A program made the translations under genes and the position numbers. From Thermoproteota archaeon (GTDB lineage: Archaea; Thermoproteota; Methanomethylicia; Methanomethylicales; JAGHCH01), in contig JAGHCH010000008.1 of the NCBI GenBank assembly GCA_021160575.1, positions 1 through 57,758 of the forward strand: 57,758 nucleotides of DNA, written 5' to 3'. Positions 41,961-50,497 of the stretch are shown here, one piece after another (positions within the stretch are counted from its first letter, which is position 1; each line of letters opens with the position of its first letter). The notes below the pieces were generated by a model, which worked only from the letters and a program-made list of their open reading frames with translations, had not been told where the DNA came from and made no database searches.

Positions 41961-42836
41961 TTGGCCATCGAGGTGAAGCTATCAGATGACGATGACTCGA
42001 TCACCATCAGCTTTGAACCTCTTGAAAAGTTGAGGATGCATGAGGAAGTCATTGAGCACTCGCTAGAAAAACTTGTAGCTAGAATACAGCGTGAGAGAGT
42101 GCTCAAAAATCCTGTGATAGCAGATAGCTCCTCAAAAACTGTTATCGACGGTAATCACAGGGTGGAGGCGCTTCGCAGATTAGGTGCAAAGTATGCACCT
42201 GTTCAATTGGTCGAATATCATTCTTCAAGCATCGTAGTGGAAAGATGGTTCAGGGCCTTTGCATTTAATGACTTAAGCAGCTTGAAGAGAGCTTTAAGAA
42301 GGGTGCTGAAGAGTTGGGGGATCTTTGAAGAGACATCCGTTGAAGAGGCTTTGAAGAAGCTTGAGCAGCGCTCAGCTTCAATAGCAATACTAACTAGGGA
42401 GCAAGGGTTTGTGGTAGGGAAGGCCGTAACAAAGAGCCTTCCAGCCTATAGGAAGGCACAGCTGCTAGAGGAAGAGTTAGAAGCTCTTGGCGGGAAGAAG
42501 ACCTACGAGATGGAGAGCGTTGCCTTGGAAATGCTTAAGGGCGGCGTGCTTGTTGTGGCTCTACCCCCCATCACTAAGGAGGAGGTAGTGGAGGCTAGCA
42601 CATTGGGGAAGCTCTACCCGCCCAAATCTACGAGACACGTGGTTCCCTTGAGAGTTCTGGGGCTCAACATACCCTTGGAATGGCTTAATATTGAGAGGAA
42701 GGACCTCCTCCTAGACAAGCTGCGGAACCACCTCCAAAAAGGAAGATTTAGAAAGATGCCCCCTAGAACTAAGATCAATGGAAGGCTGTATACAGAGAGA
42801 GTTGTGATCTTCGAGGTGAACAAGGAGTGTCTGTGA
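41961..42836 (+). CDS. ParB/Srx-fold N-terminal domain protein
   Basis: LRMHEEV...KNPVIADSSSKTVIDGNHRVEALRRLGAKYAPV has the ParB-like DGxHR motif. TTG start. Confidence 0.6.
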   Translation: MAIEVKLSDDDDSITISFEPLEKLRMHEEVIEHSLEKLVARIQRERVLKNPVIADSSSKTVIDGNHRVEALRRLGAKYAPVQLVEYHSSSIVVERWFRAFAFNDLSSLKRALRRVLKSWGIFEETSVEEALKKLEQRSASIAILTREQGFVVGKAVTKSLPAYRKAQLLEEELEALGGKKTYEMESVALEMLKGGVLVVALPPITKEEVVEASTLGKLYPPKSTRHVVPLRVLGLNIPLEWLNIERKDLLLDKLRNHLQKGRFRKMPPRTKINGRLYTERVVIFEVNKECL

Positions 42837-43115
42837 AGATCAAGTTTCTTGCAGTACTTAAAGGGCTGGCTTCAAAAGAGGAGGAGGAGCTCGAGCTAAA
42901 GAGACCAGTTACTTTGAATGAATTGGTCAAGAAAGTAGCGGAACGCCAAGGAGAGGCGTTCAGAAGGAGGTTTTTTCGACCCCGAAGAGGGATGGCTTAG
43001 ACCAGATATCATGGTTTTTATCAATGGAACGGACTATAGGCTTGTTGGAGGCAGGAAGGCGGAGATCCGGGATGGCTTTGAAGTGATCTTTTTTCCAACG
43101 GTTCATGGAGGATAA
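42833..43115 (+). pseudogene. MoaD/ThiS/SAMP-like ubiquitin-fold protein ending in Gly-Gly, interrupted by a +1 shift in a T6 run
   Basis: Frame A from GTG 42833 reads VKIKFLAVLKGLASKEEEELELKRPVTLNELVKKVAERQGEAFRRRFF. Frame B from 42972 reads FFDPEEGWLRPDIMVFINGTDYRLVGGRKAEIRDGFEVIFFPTVHGG-stop (43113-43115). Removing one T from TTTTTT (42971-42976) fuses them into a 93-aa MoaD-like protein. Both halves are under 60 aa, so neither appears in the ORF track. Confidence 0.7.
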
Positions 43116-43188
43116 CCGGAAAACGCTTTTATAGAGGCGCGGATGGTAAGCCTCCGTGTATCTCCTCGAGTGGAGTTGAGGTAAACAC

Positions 43189-43803
43189 ATGAAATATCTA
43201 GTGGTTGAATGGTCAGATGTTCACAGGCTGGCGTTAAAACTCAGCGACCTCATAACCATAGATGGCTATTTCCCAGACATCCTTGTGGCTATTGCGAGAG
43301 GAGGATGGGTGGTAGCTAGGCTGCTCTCTGACTTTCTCGGAGTGGAGGAGGTAGCTAGTGTTCGCGTGGAATTCTATGAGGGGATAAATAAGAGAAAGGG
43401 GGAGGCGCGTGTCACCCAGCCAGTTTCAGCTAGTGTAGAGGAGAAGAAAGTACTGTTGGTGGATGATGTTGCCGACACCGGAGAGAGCCTGAGGGTGGCG
43501 AGAAGCCACCTCTACGCTGAAGGAGCGGTAGAGGTGAAAGTAGCGACTCTGCACAAGAAGCCTTGGAGTAAGGTGACGCCGGACTACTACGCCGAGGAGA
43601 CAGATGCATGGATCATCTATCCATGGGAGCTTCGCGAAACTATAGCCAACTTAGTTGAGAACTGGAGGCATGAAAGACCGGGGATGGCTGAAGAGGAAAT
43701 CGCTAGGAGACTTGTTCGGATAGGTTTAGACCCCGAGACCGTGCATCATTTCCTTCCATTAACCCTAGATACTAAGCCAGCGGTCCGCAGGGTATCTTTA
43801 TGA
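43189..43803 (+). CDS. purine (hypoxanthine/guanine-type) phosphoribosyltransferase
   Basis: PRPP loop VLLVDDVADTGESL and DILVAIARGGWVVARLLSDFL. Confidence 0.8.
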   Translation: MKYLVVEWSDVHRLALKLSDLITIDGYFPDILVAIARGGWVVARLLSDFLGVEEVASVRVEFYEGINKRKGEARVTQPVSASVEEKKVLLVDDVADTGESLRVARSHLYAEGAVEVKVATLHKKPWSKVTPDYYAEETDAWIIYPWELRETIANLVENWRHERPGMAEEEIARRLVRIGLDPETVHHFLPLTLDTKPAVRRVSL

Positions 43804-44372
43804 AGAAAGCAGCTGTGAAAAAGGGAGAACTTGTTGAAGATTTCCATGTAGCTTTTTCTGGGGTCAGACTCTCTAAACCTCTTTCTAGAGCGGAGCTTGA
43901 AGAGCTGCTCTCGGATAAGGGAGAAGTTGCCGTGCAGCTTGTTGATGCCCGTGCGGTAGCATCGCAGCGCCACATAGTTTCAGCCGCCGAACATGCAGCC
44001 CACTCCTTCGCCCGAGGAGAAAATATTGCCGCTAAACTTAGCTTGGAGTTTCTCCTCTACTTGGCTGCTGATAGACAGCTCCGCAGCGCCATAGAGAAGG
44101 TAGGAATAAAGGAGGAGAGCTTGGAGGTAGTCGCCATTACCCTTGGAAGGAAGAAAGGAGAAGTAGTTGAAGCTCTCAAGGAGCTGCTGGCGAAGCTTCC
44201 AGGAGAAGAGAATGAAAACCTCCTCGAGATATCAGAGGAGAAGGAGAAGCATCTAAGGAAGCTATTTGACATTAAGGAGGAGGAGCTGGAAGCTGCTAGG
44301 AAGGTTCATGGAGAAAAAGCGCTTGAGCATACGATTTTAGAGAGAATAGCGCTCTTCCACATCAGAAAGTAG
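43800..44372 (+). CDS. cgi121: KEOPS complex subunit Cgi121
   Basis: VQLVDARAVASQRHIVSAAEHAAHSFARGENIAAKLSLEFLLYLAADRQLRSAIEKVG matches the Cgi121 pattern. The start overlaps the upstream stop (ATGA). Confidence 0.75.
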   Translation: MKKAAVKKGELVEDFHVAFSGVRLSKPLSRAELEELLSDKGEVAVQLVDARAVASQRHIVSAAEHAAHSFARGENIAAKLSLEFLLYLAADRQLRSAIEKVGIKEESLEVVAITLGRKKGEVVEALKELLAKLPGEENENLLEISEEKEKHLRKLFDIKEEELEAARKVHGEKALEHTILERIALFHIRK

Positions 44373-44377
44373 CTGGC

Positions 44378-44929
44378 TCACTTGGGAAGATGCTCTGCCT
44401 TTATCTTCTCTGTAGACACCACATGCTCCGGCTTAATCACCGATATCCCAGTAAACCAGCCGAGAACCTCTATCTGCACTACCTTATCTGGAGAGGTTAG
44501 ATTCACCTTCCGCTTTATCTTGGAGGCAACGGCATCGATTATCGCTCTACTCTCGATGTGTGAGCCTCTGCGCCTGACTGTGATTCGGTAAGTTTCATCG
44601 GGTGCTATGAGTTTTTCAGCGAGCTCGCTGGCAGCTTCAGCTATGGCTCCCACTTCAGTGGCCACTACTTTCTGTATGGGGACTACTTTAAGGATGAGGC
44701 GTATATCCCATGGATTCTCCTCAGTATACCTTCTCAACTGTTCCACAAATTTTATGGGATCAGTGCCGACCTTAGCCAGTATTAGTCCAGGGAAATCTGA
44801 GGGTACTATGCTCTCCTCAGGGATATCCAGGTATCTTAGGAGGCTCCAGAGCTCGGAGGAGCACTGCTTCTCCATGCCCCTCCTAGTGGAGATTAACAGG
44901 TTGAAGTCTGGAAGGGAGACTTCACTCAT
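44378..44929 (-). CDS. THUMP-domain RNA-binding protein
   Basis: NLLISTRRGMEKQCSSEL...YRITVRRRGSHIESRAIIDAVASKI...VNLTSPDKVVQIEVL. Confidence 0.7.
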   Translation of the reverse strand: MSEVSLPDFNLLISTRRGMEKQCSSELWSLLRYLDIPEESIVPSDFPGLILAKVGTDPIKFVEQLRRYTEENPWDIRLILKVVPIQKVVATEVGAIAEAASELAEKLIAPDETYRITVRRRGSHIESRAIIDAVASKIKRKVNLTSPDKVVQIEVLGWFTGISVIKPEHVVSTEKIKAEHLPK

Positions 44930-45563
44930 GCTGTGTCAGCTCCTCTAGCAACTTCCTAAGCTCGGCTCCAGCTAAATAGCCTTCACGTAGCACTCGGGGA
45001 GGCTGCACGGTGAGGTCAATTACTGTTGAGCTGATCTTCAGCGGCGTAGGGCCAGCGTCTATGACTAGGGAGATCTCCTCCTTTAGCTGTGCCAGAGCCT
45101 CATCGACTGTTGACGGAGGAGGAGTACCAGAGATGTTGGCGCTAGTTCCCATTAAGAAGCCGCCGCAAGCCTTTATCAGCTCAAGAGTAAAGCCCATTCC
45201 CGGGATCCGCACTCCAACATCCTCTCGGCCACATGTAACGATTTCAGGGAGGGAAGGCTTCTTTTTAAGAATCAGGGTTACGGGGCCAGGCCACACTAGA
45301 TCTAGCTTCGGGCGCAGCCATTCTGGGACGTAGGCTATCTGCTCCACATCGGAGATTGAAGAGCAGAGGATGGGAAGAGGCTTGTCCCCCCTCTGCTTGA
45401 CCTTGAAGACCTTCTTGACCGCCTCTTCATTGAAGGGATCTCCTCCTAGCCCGTAGACGGTGTCCGTTGGATAGACTATGAGTTCACCTTGCTTTACCAC
45501 TGAGGCAGCCTCTTTCACTGCGTGACGCCACCGTTTTTCCAAGCTAATCTTCAAGATCTTCAA
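44922..45563 (-). CDS. tsaC: threonylcarbamoyl-AMP synthase (Sua5/YrdC/TsaC, short form)
   Basis: GELIVYPTDTVYGLGGDPFNEEAVKKVFKVKQRGDKPLPIL and GTSANISG. Confidence 0.88.
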   Translation of the reverse strand: MKILKISLEKRWRHAVKEAASVVKQGELIVYPTDTVYGLGGDPFNEEAVKKVFKVKQRGDKPLPILCSSISDVEQIAYVPEWLRPKLDLVWPGPVTLILKKKPSLPEIVTCGREDVGVRIPGMGFTLELIKACGGFLMGTSANISGTPPPSTVDEALAQLKEEISLVIDAGPTPLKISSTVIDLTVQPPRVLREGYLAGAELRKLLEELTQHE

Positions 45564-45599
45564 GTTGCGGCACCTAATAGAGCACTAAGCACGATAGGC

Positions 45600-45609
45600 T
45601 TAAATAATA
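45600..45609 (+). promoter_or_regulatory. TATA box upstream of the Glu/Trp microprotein
   Basis: TTAAATAATA about 45 nt before ATG 45653. GGAGGGGG (45635-45642) is SD-like. Confidence 0.45.
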
Positions 45610-45652
45610 CTTTAACCCCGCTTTTTCTGCTATTGGAGGGGGTTGCTTTAAG

Positions 45653-45775
45653 ATGAAGTATTTAATGTTCGAGGAAGAGGAGTGGGAGGAGGAGTTCGAG
45701 GAAGAGGAGGAGTGGCTCGAGGAGGAGGAATGGGAAGAAGAGGAGGAGTGGGAGGAAGAGGAGGAAGAGTGGTAG
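45653..45775 (+). CDS. 40-aa Glu/Trp-repeat acidic microprotein
   Basis: MKYLMFEEEEWEEEFEEEEEWLEEEEWEEEEEWEEEEEEW-stop. ATG with a strong SD 11 nt upstream and a TATA upstream. Below the 60-aa cut-off, so not in the ORF track. Confidence 0.5.
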   Translation: MKYLMFEEEEWEEEFEEEEEWLEEEEWEEEEEWEEEEEEW

Positions 45776-45811
45776 AAATATCCTCCCCTACCTCTTTTAT
45801 GGAGGTACGGG

Positions 45812-46105
45812 TTGGTGGAGTTCTGTCCAAGATGCGAGAAAATGTTGGTTCCGACAAGAACTGAGAAGGGAATCTACTTAGTGTGCAAAGCTTGCGGCTA
45901 CAAGAAGGCAGCTTCCAGCAAGGAAGGCTATAAGCTGGTACATGAGGTTGGAGAAGAGAAGAGGAGAACCACAATAATAGTTGAAGGAGCTGCGAGGCAG
46001 AAGGAGAAGGAAGAAGAAAGAGAGATGATGCAGGAGTATTATGACGTCTTCCTAGAGAGCTTTATGGAGACGCAGGAAGAGGAAGGCGGGGAGAGCTACG
46101 AGTAG
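45812..46105 (+). CDS. single Zn-ribbon protein (TFS/RpoM N-terminal ribbon-like) with acidic C-terminal tail
   Basis: MVEFCPRCEKMLVP...YLVCKACGY is a CxxC...CxxC ribbon. No second ribbon. Tail METQEEEGGESYE. GGAGGT SD upstream of GTG 45812. Confidence 0.6.
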   Translation: MVEFCPRCEKMLVPTRTEKGIYLVCKACGYKKAASSKEGYKLVHEVGEEKRRTTIIVEGAARQKEKEEEREMMQEYYDVFLESFMETQEEEGGESYE

Positions 46106-46135
46106 CCGCTGCTGGCGCGTTGCCGGTGCTAAACC

Positions 46136-47944
46136 TTGGCAAGGATCGCAGTTATAGATAGAGAGCTCTGTAAACCACATGACTGCTATAAGGAGTGCAT
46201 TCGGTTCTGCCCGATAGTCAGAACAGGGAAGAATGCCATCTTCTTAGATGAGGAATCAAAGCGTCCAGTGATCGCTGAAAACCTCTGCACTGGCTGCGGC
46301 ATCTGCGTGAAGAAGTGTCCTTTCAAGGCTATCACAGTGGTTAATCTCCCTGACGAGCTTGAGGAGGAATGCGTCCACAGATATGGAGAGAACATGTTCA
46401 AGCTCTATAGGCTTCCCGTGCTAAAAGAAGGGAGGGTGCTAGGGCTTCTAGGACCCAACGGAGTCGGCAAGAGCACTTCAATAAAAATCCTCTCAGGGGA
46501 AATCTTTCCAAACTTGGGGAGAGTGGAGGAAGCTCCCTCTAAGGAGGAGGTCATTAGATTTTTCCGGGGGTCGGAGCTTCAGCCTTACTTTGAGAAGCTC
46601 TTCTCAGGGAAGATCAAAGTCGTGGTGAAGCCGCAGTACGTGGAAAAGATTCCAAGGGTGATCTCTGGAAGAGTGAGGAATCTCCTCGAGAGGGTTGATG
46701 AAGCTGGGAGGTTCAAAGAGGTTATAGAGCTTTTAGAGCTTGAGAAGGTGCTGGGTAGGGAGATTAAGCTTCTCAGCGGAGGAGAGCTGCAAAGGGTAGC
46801 TATAGCTGCCGCCGCTCTAAGAGATGTTGATGTTTACATGTTTGATGAGCCTTCTAGTTACTTAGACGTGAAGCAGCGCTTGAAAGCGGCTAAGCTCATT
46901 AGAAGGGTAGCTTCATGGGGCAAGACGGTGGTAGTAGCTGAGCACGACCTAGCAGTTCTCGACTACATGTCAGACCACGTGTGCATCCTCTACGGCAAGC
47001 CGGGAGTCTATGGAATAGTCTCCAAGCCTCATGGAGTGAGAAACGGCATAAACATCTACTTGGAGGGCTACCTTCCAGAGGAGAACTTGAAGTTCAGGAG
47101 GGAGCCAGTTAAGTTCTTCTACACGGCTAGAGAGGAAGCTCCGCTGGAGGAGAGGATGGCAAGCTGGGGGGATCTCGAGAAGAGGCTGGGAGATTTCACT
47201 CTTCAAGTGAGGGCAGGTGAGATCTATAGAGGAGAAATTATAGGCATTCTGGGTCCCAACGGCATTGGGAAGACCACCATGGTGAAGCTCCTGGCAGGAA
47301 TTTTGGAGCCGGATTCAGGGTATGTGGCTACTCAGCACTTGAAAATCAGCTACAAGCCGCAGTACATAGCACCAAAGACCAGCAAGACCGTGAGAGAGGT
47401 GCTGGAGGGTCTCTCTGAAGGGATTCTAAGCGACCCATGGTTTAAGACGGAGGTCTTCGAGCCTCTCACTCTGGAGCCGCTTCTAGACCAGCCAGTGGAC
47501 ACCCTAAGTGGAGGGGAGCTGCAGAGGGTGGCGATAGCCGCGTGCATAGCGCAGGAGTCGGAACTCTACCTCTTCGATGAACCGAGTGCACACCTCGACG
47601 TGGAGCAGAGATTGGCTGTAGCAAGAGTCATTAGAAGAGTCACCGAGAAGAGAAGAGCAGCCACCTTTGTGGTTGAGCACGATTTAATAGCCATGGATCT
47701 CATCACGGATAGAATGATGGTCTTCTCCGGAGAGCCGGGAGTCAAAGGCATGGCAAACCCCCCCACCAGCTTGAGGAAGGGGATGAACCAGTTCCTTAGG
47801 GAGGTTGGAATAACCTTTAGAAGAGATCCTTCAACTGGGAGGCCAAGAGCTAACAAAGAGAGTTCATGGCTAGATAGGCACCAAAAAGAGATAGGGGAGT
47901 ACTTCTATGCTGTAGTTTCTGAAGAGGAGGGAGGGGAGGAGTGA
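46136..47944 (+). CDS. abcE1: ABCE1 ribosome-recycling ATPase (RNase L inhibitor homologue)
   Basis: N-terminal 2x[4Fe-4S] region (CKPHDC..CIRFCP; CTGCGICVKKCP) and twin ABC cassettes (GPNGVGKST, LSGGELQRV; GPNGIGKTT, LSGGELQRV). Confidence 0.95.
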   Translation: MARIAVIDRELCKPHDCYKECIRFCPIVRTGKNAIFLDEESKRPVIAENLCTGCGICVKKCPFKAITVVNLPDELEEECVHRYGENMFKLYRLPVLKEGRVLGLLGPNGVGKSTSIKILSGEIFPNLGRVEEAPSKEEVIRFFRGSELQPYFEKLFSGKIKVVVKPQYVEKIPRVISGRVRNLLERVDEAGRFKEVIELLELEKVLGREIKLLSGGELQRVAIAAAALRDVDVYMFDEPSSYLDVKQRLKAAKLIRRVASWGKTVVVAEHDLAVLDYMSDHVCILYGKPGVYGIVSKPHGVRNGINIYLEGYLPEENLKFRREPVKFFYTAREEAPLEERMASWGDLEKRLGDFTLQVRAGEIYRGEIIGILGPNGIGKTTMVKLLAGILEPDSGYVATQHLKISYKPQYIAPKTSKTVREVLEGLSEGILSDPWFKTEVFEPLTLEPLLDQPVDTLSGGELQRVAIAACIAQESELYLFDEPSAHLDVEQRLAVARVIRRVTEKRRAATFVVEHDLIAMDLITDRMMVFSGEPGVKGMANPPTSLRKGMNQFLREVGITFRRDPSTGRPRANKESSWLDRHQKEIGEYFYAVVSEEEGGEE

Positions 47945-48798
47945 TCAAGGAATTCATGCTGATGGGGCTGCTCACAGCGATACTTTTAGCGATAGGCTTT
48001 GTCGTAGGGTGGGTGTTCGGCAACCCGGAAGGAGTGATGCTCATAGCACTGTTCATCGCGGCAGCTATGAACATACTGGCGTACTTCCACAGTGACAAGA
48101 TAGTTTTGAAGATGACTGGCGCGAAGCTGGTATCCGAAGACGAGGCTCCAGAGCTGTATGCCATAGTTGAGAGAGTGGCGATGAGAGCTGGTCTGCCTAA
48201 ACCCAAGGTGGCAATAATTGACACTCCAGTTCCCAATGCTTTCGCCACCGGAAGAAATCCAAGGAACGCCGTGGTAGCAGTTACGACTGGGCTCCTCCGC
48301 CACCTCTCGAGGAGTGAGGTAGAGGCGGTGATAGGCCACGAGATGGCGCACATCAAGCATAGAGACATCTTAATCTCTGCCATGGCAGCCACAATAGCGG
48401 GAGCCATAGCCTACCTAGCGATGATAGGGCGATTCAGCATCTGGTTTGCAGACGAAGATAGAGGAGAGGCATCTCTACTTGCGCTTCTAGCTGGAATTCT
48501 AGCACCTATAGCAGCAGTGCTAGTGCAGGCTGCAATTAGCAGGGAAAGAGAGTTCAAGGCAGATGAGAGAGGGGCCAAGATCACTGGAAAGCCCTTAGCA
48601 CTGGCGTCAGCCCTCGAGAAGATAGAGGCGGTTGTAAGTAGAGGCTACACCATTAGGGCTAATCCAGCTACAAGCTCACTGTGGATAGTCAACCCGATAA
48701 GGGGAGATGCCCTCTACGAACTCTTCTCCACGCATCCTCCAACGTGGAAGAGAGTTGAAAGGCTTAGGAGGCTTGCTCGGCAGCTCATGGGAAGCTAG
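47941..48798 (+). CDS. htpX: HtpX-family M48 membrane protease
   Basis: HEMAHIKHRD zincin motif, 4 TM segments, FSTHPP. Confidence 0.9.
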   Translation: MIKEFMLMGLLTAILLAIGFVVGWVFGNPEGVMLIALFIAAAMNILAYFHSDKIVLKMTGAKLVSEDEAPELYAIVERVAMRAGLPKPKVAIIDTPVPNAFATGRNPRNAVVAVTTGLLRHLSRSEVEAVIGHEMAHIKHRDILISAMAATIAGAIAYLAMIGRFSIWFADEDRGEASLLALLAGILAPIAAVLVQAAISREREFKADERGAKITGKPLALASALEKIEAVVSRGYTIRANPATSSLWIVNPIRGDALYELFSTHPPTWKRVERLRRLARQLMGS

Positions 48799-49712
48799 CG
48801 CTGAGGCTCGTAGAAGATCCACGGCCTAATCTTCACTGGGCAATAGCCCAGCGAGCGATAAACAGAGATGGCGGGCTTGTTGCCCTCCTCGACGTGGAGA
48901 AGAGCCCTAGCTCCGCTTTGAATGGCATCTCTAGTAACCGCGGAGACCACAGCCTTGGCGAAACCCCTCCCCCTATAATCGGGATGCGTGTAGACATCTC
49001 CGATGAGCCATACCTCTGGAAGCCTTATGTAGCAGCATGCAATGGATACCAGCCTACCGTCAACGAACACCCCATAGTACTTGGAATTCAGCAGCATGTG
49101 GCGGGCAGCAGCACTGCTGAGGATGCATCCTTGCTCCCTCTTTATCTCCATGAAAACGCTAAGATGCTTCTCTCTAAGTGGGGAGGCGAACTCCATGTTA
49201 CAGGGGTTGAAGGATTCCTCATCCGCTACCATGTCGATGAAGCGCTTCACCTCCACTTTGCCGTGACTTTCAACCAGCTGAAGCACCCGCTCTAGCTGGT
49301 GTGGAAGATACACATGTATGGTCATCCGTCTATCAAAGTCCATTATCCGAACTGCCTCCTCCATGAAACCCCAGAGATGTACTCCCAGACCTTGCCAGCC
49401 CCTCCATGAAAGAGCATAGCTGGCGATCACTCCTCCCCACACTTCAAGGAGGAGGGCTATTCTATCTAGCTCGTAGAGGAGATCGTAGAGTAGGTAAAAG
49501 TGGCTGAGAGGATCTTCTCGGTAGAGCGAAACTATGGCTCTCCACAGCTGATAGTTCAAGTCCTCGAGGCCGATGACCCCCCTCACGCTTAAAGCCTCGA
49601 TCAGATGAGAAGGAAGAGGAGAGTATTTAGAGTTTAAAGCACACTTACTAGGGAAGCCAGAAGAATGTAGGGTGAAGTTCTTGGAGGAGGAGAAGAGGGA
49701 GAAGCCGTACAT
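48795..49712 (-). CDS. GNAT-family N-acetyltransferase (C-terminal domain)
   Basis: GDVYTHPDYRGRGFAKAVVSAVTRDAI is the acetyl-CoA Q/RxxGxG/A motif. The start is uncertain because the N-terminus overlaps the divergent 49672 gene. Confidence 0.7.
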   Translation of the reverse strand: MYGFSLFSSSKNFTLHSSGFPSKCALNSKYSPLPSHLIEALSVRGVIGLEDLNYQLWRAIVSLYREDPLSHFYLLYDLLYELDRIALLLEVWGGVIASYALSWRGWQGLGVHLWGFMEEAVRIMDFDRRMTIHVYLPHQLERVLQLVESHGKVEVKRFIDMVADEESFNPCNMEFASPLREKHLSVFMEIKREQGCILSSAAARHMLLNSKYYGVFVDGRLVSIACCYIRLPEVWLIGDVYTHPDYRGRGFAKAVVSAVTRDAIQSGARALLHVEEGNKPAISVYRSLGYCPVKIRPWIFYEPQR

Positions 49713-49923
49713 CTACCCACACAAGCACTGCGTTATCTGCGGAAAGATGCTCGAAATGGACTACCCGCGTCCCTACTGCCGGAAGTGCCGTGAAGAGTAT
49801 GAGAAGAGGAAGAAGGCAGAAGCTCGAGCAAGGCGCTTTGAAAGAGGGATGATGATCTTCGCCTTCATAACGCTAGGGCTCTTCGCCTTCATCTACCTCC
49901 TCTACGTCTACGCCCTAAGATAG
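49672..49923 (+). CDS. DUF2116-like Zn-ribbon protein with C-terminal TM
   Basis: HKHCVICGKML...YCRKCREEYEKRKK, then MMIFAFITLGLFAFIYLLYVY. Confidence 0.6.
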   Translation: MKFLEEEKREKPYIYPHKHCVICGKMLEMDYPRPYCRKCREEYEKRKKAEARARRFERGMMIFAFITLGLFAFIYLLYVYALR

Positions 49924-49974
49924 CATACACCACCCGGTAAAGATAAGAACCCCATCCAGCACTTGATTGAAGAC

Positions 49975-50053
49975 GGGCCCGTCGTCTAGCCCGGATCAGG
50001 ACGCTGGCCTCCGGAGCCAGAGGTCCGGGGTTCAAATCCCCGCGGGCCCGCCA
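49975..50053 (+). tRNA. tRNA-Arg(CCG), CCA encoded
   Basis: GGGCCCG-UC-GUCU-AGCCCGGAUCA-GGAC-G-CUGGC-CUCCGGA-GCCAG-AGGUC-CGGGG-UUCAAAU-CCCCG-CGGGCCC-G-CCA. Confidence 0.9.
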
Positions 50054-50104
50054 CATCCAAGCTTTACATGTACTGGCAAGCTCTAGGGCATGGTCTTTAG
50101 CTTG

Positions 50105-50497
50105 TTAAAGCACCTCATGGGGCTCTAACCGCTGGATATCTGTTCCATCGAAGTCTTTATCGAAGCTGATAATCGGGATGTTCCTTCTCTTAGCGAAGTA
50201 GTAGTGTAGCCCATCGTCAAAATCTAGACCTATCTTTTCAGCCAGTTCAGCAGCTATTTGTTCCTCTTCTAATGATAAATCGGCCACGATTAGCCCTTTC
50301 CATGTAAGCAACTCTAAAAGAAATTTAGCCACTAAGCTGGATTTTCCTAAAATTGCTGATATGCCGTGTACGGCGAAGTGCAGCATGTACGCACTTAGAG
50401 AACCCTTTTTCACTGCATTGAGCAGCTTGTAGGACTCCCTCCATCTTCCACGCTTGTACAACACTTCCAATACTATGTTGGCATCAATTAAATACAA
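50105..50497 (-). CDS. vapC: PIN-domain toxin (VapC)
   Basis: (M)YLIDANIVLEVL ... ISFDKDFD are PIN acidic residues. The TTG at 50497 overlaps the antitoxin stop by 10 nt. The ORF track starts at 50545. Confidence 0.8.
   Translation of the reverse strand: MYLIDANIVLEVLYKRGRWRESYKLLNAVKKGSLSAYMLHFAVHGISAILGKSSLVAKFLLELLTWKGLIVADLSLEEEQIAAELAEKIGLDFDDGLHYYFAKRRNIPIISFDKDFDGTDIQRLEPHEVL

Noticed and set aside
45648-45974. 108-aa minus-strand ORF rich in Pro/Thr (PPLPPTPPLLPIPPPRATPPLPRTPPPTPLPR).
   Set aside because: It is the antisense reading of the GAG/GAA repeat that encodes the Glu/Trp microprotein, and it runs into the Zn-ribbon gene. It has no start context and is a low-complexity artefact.
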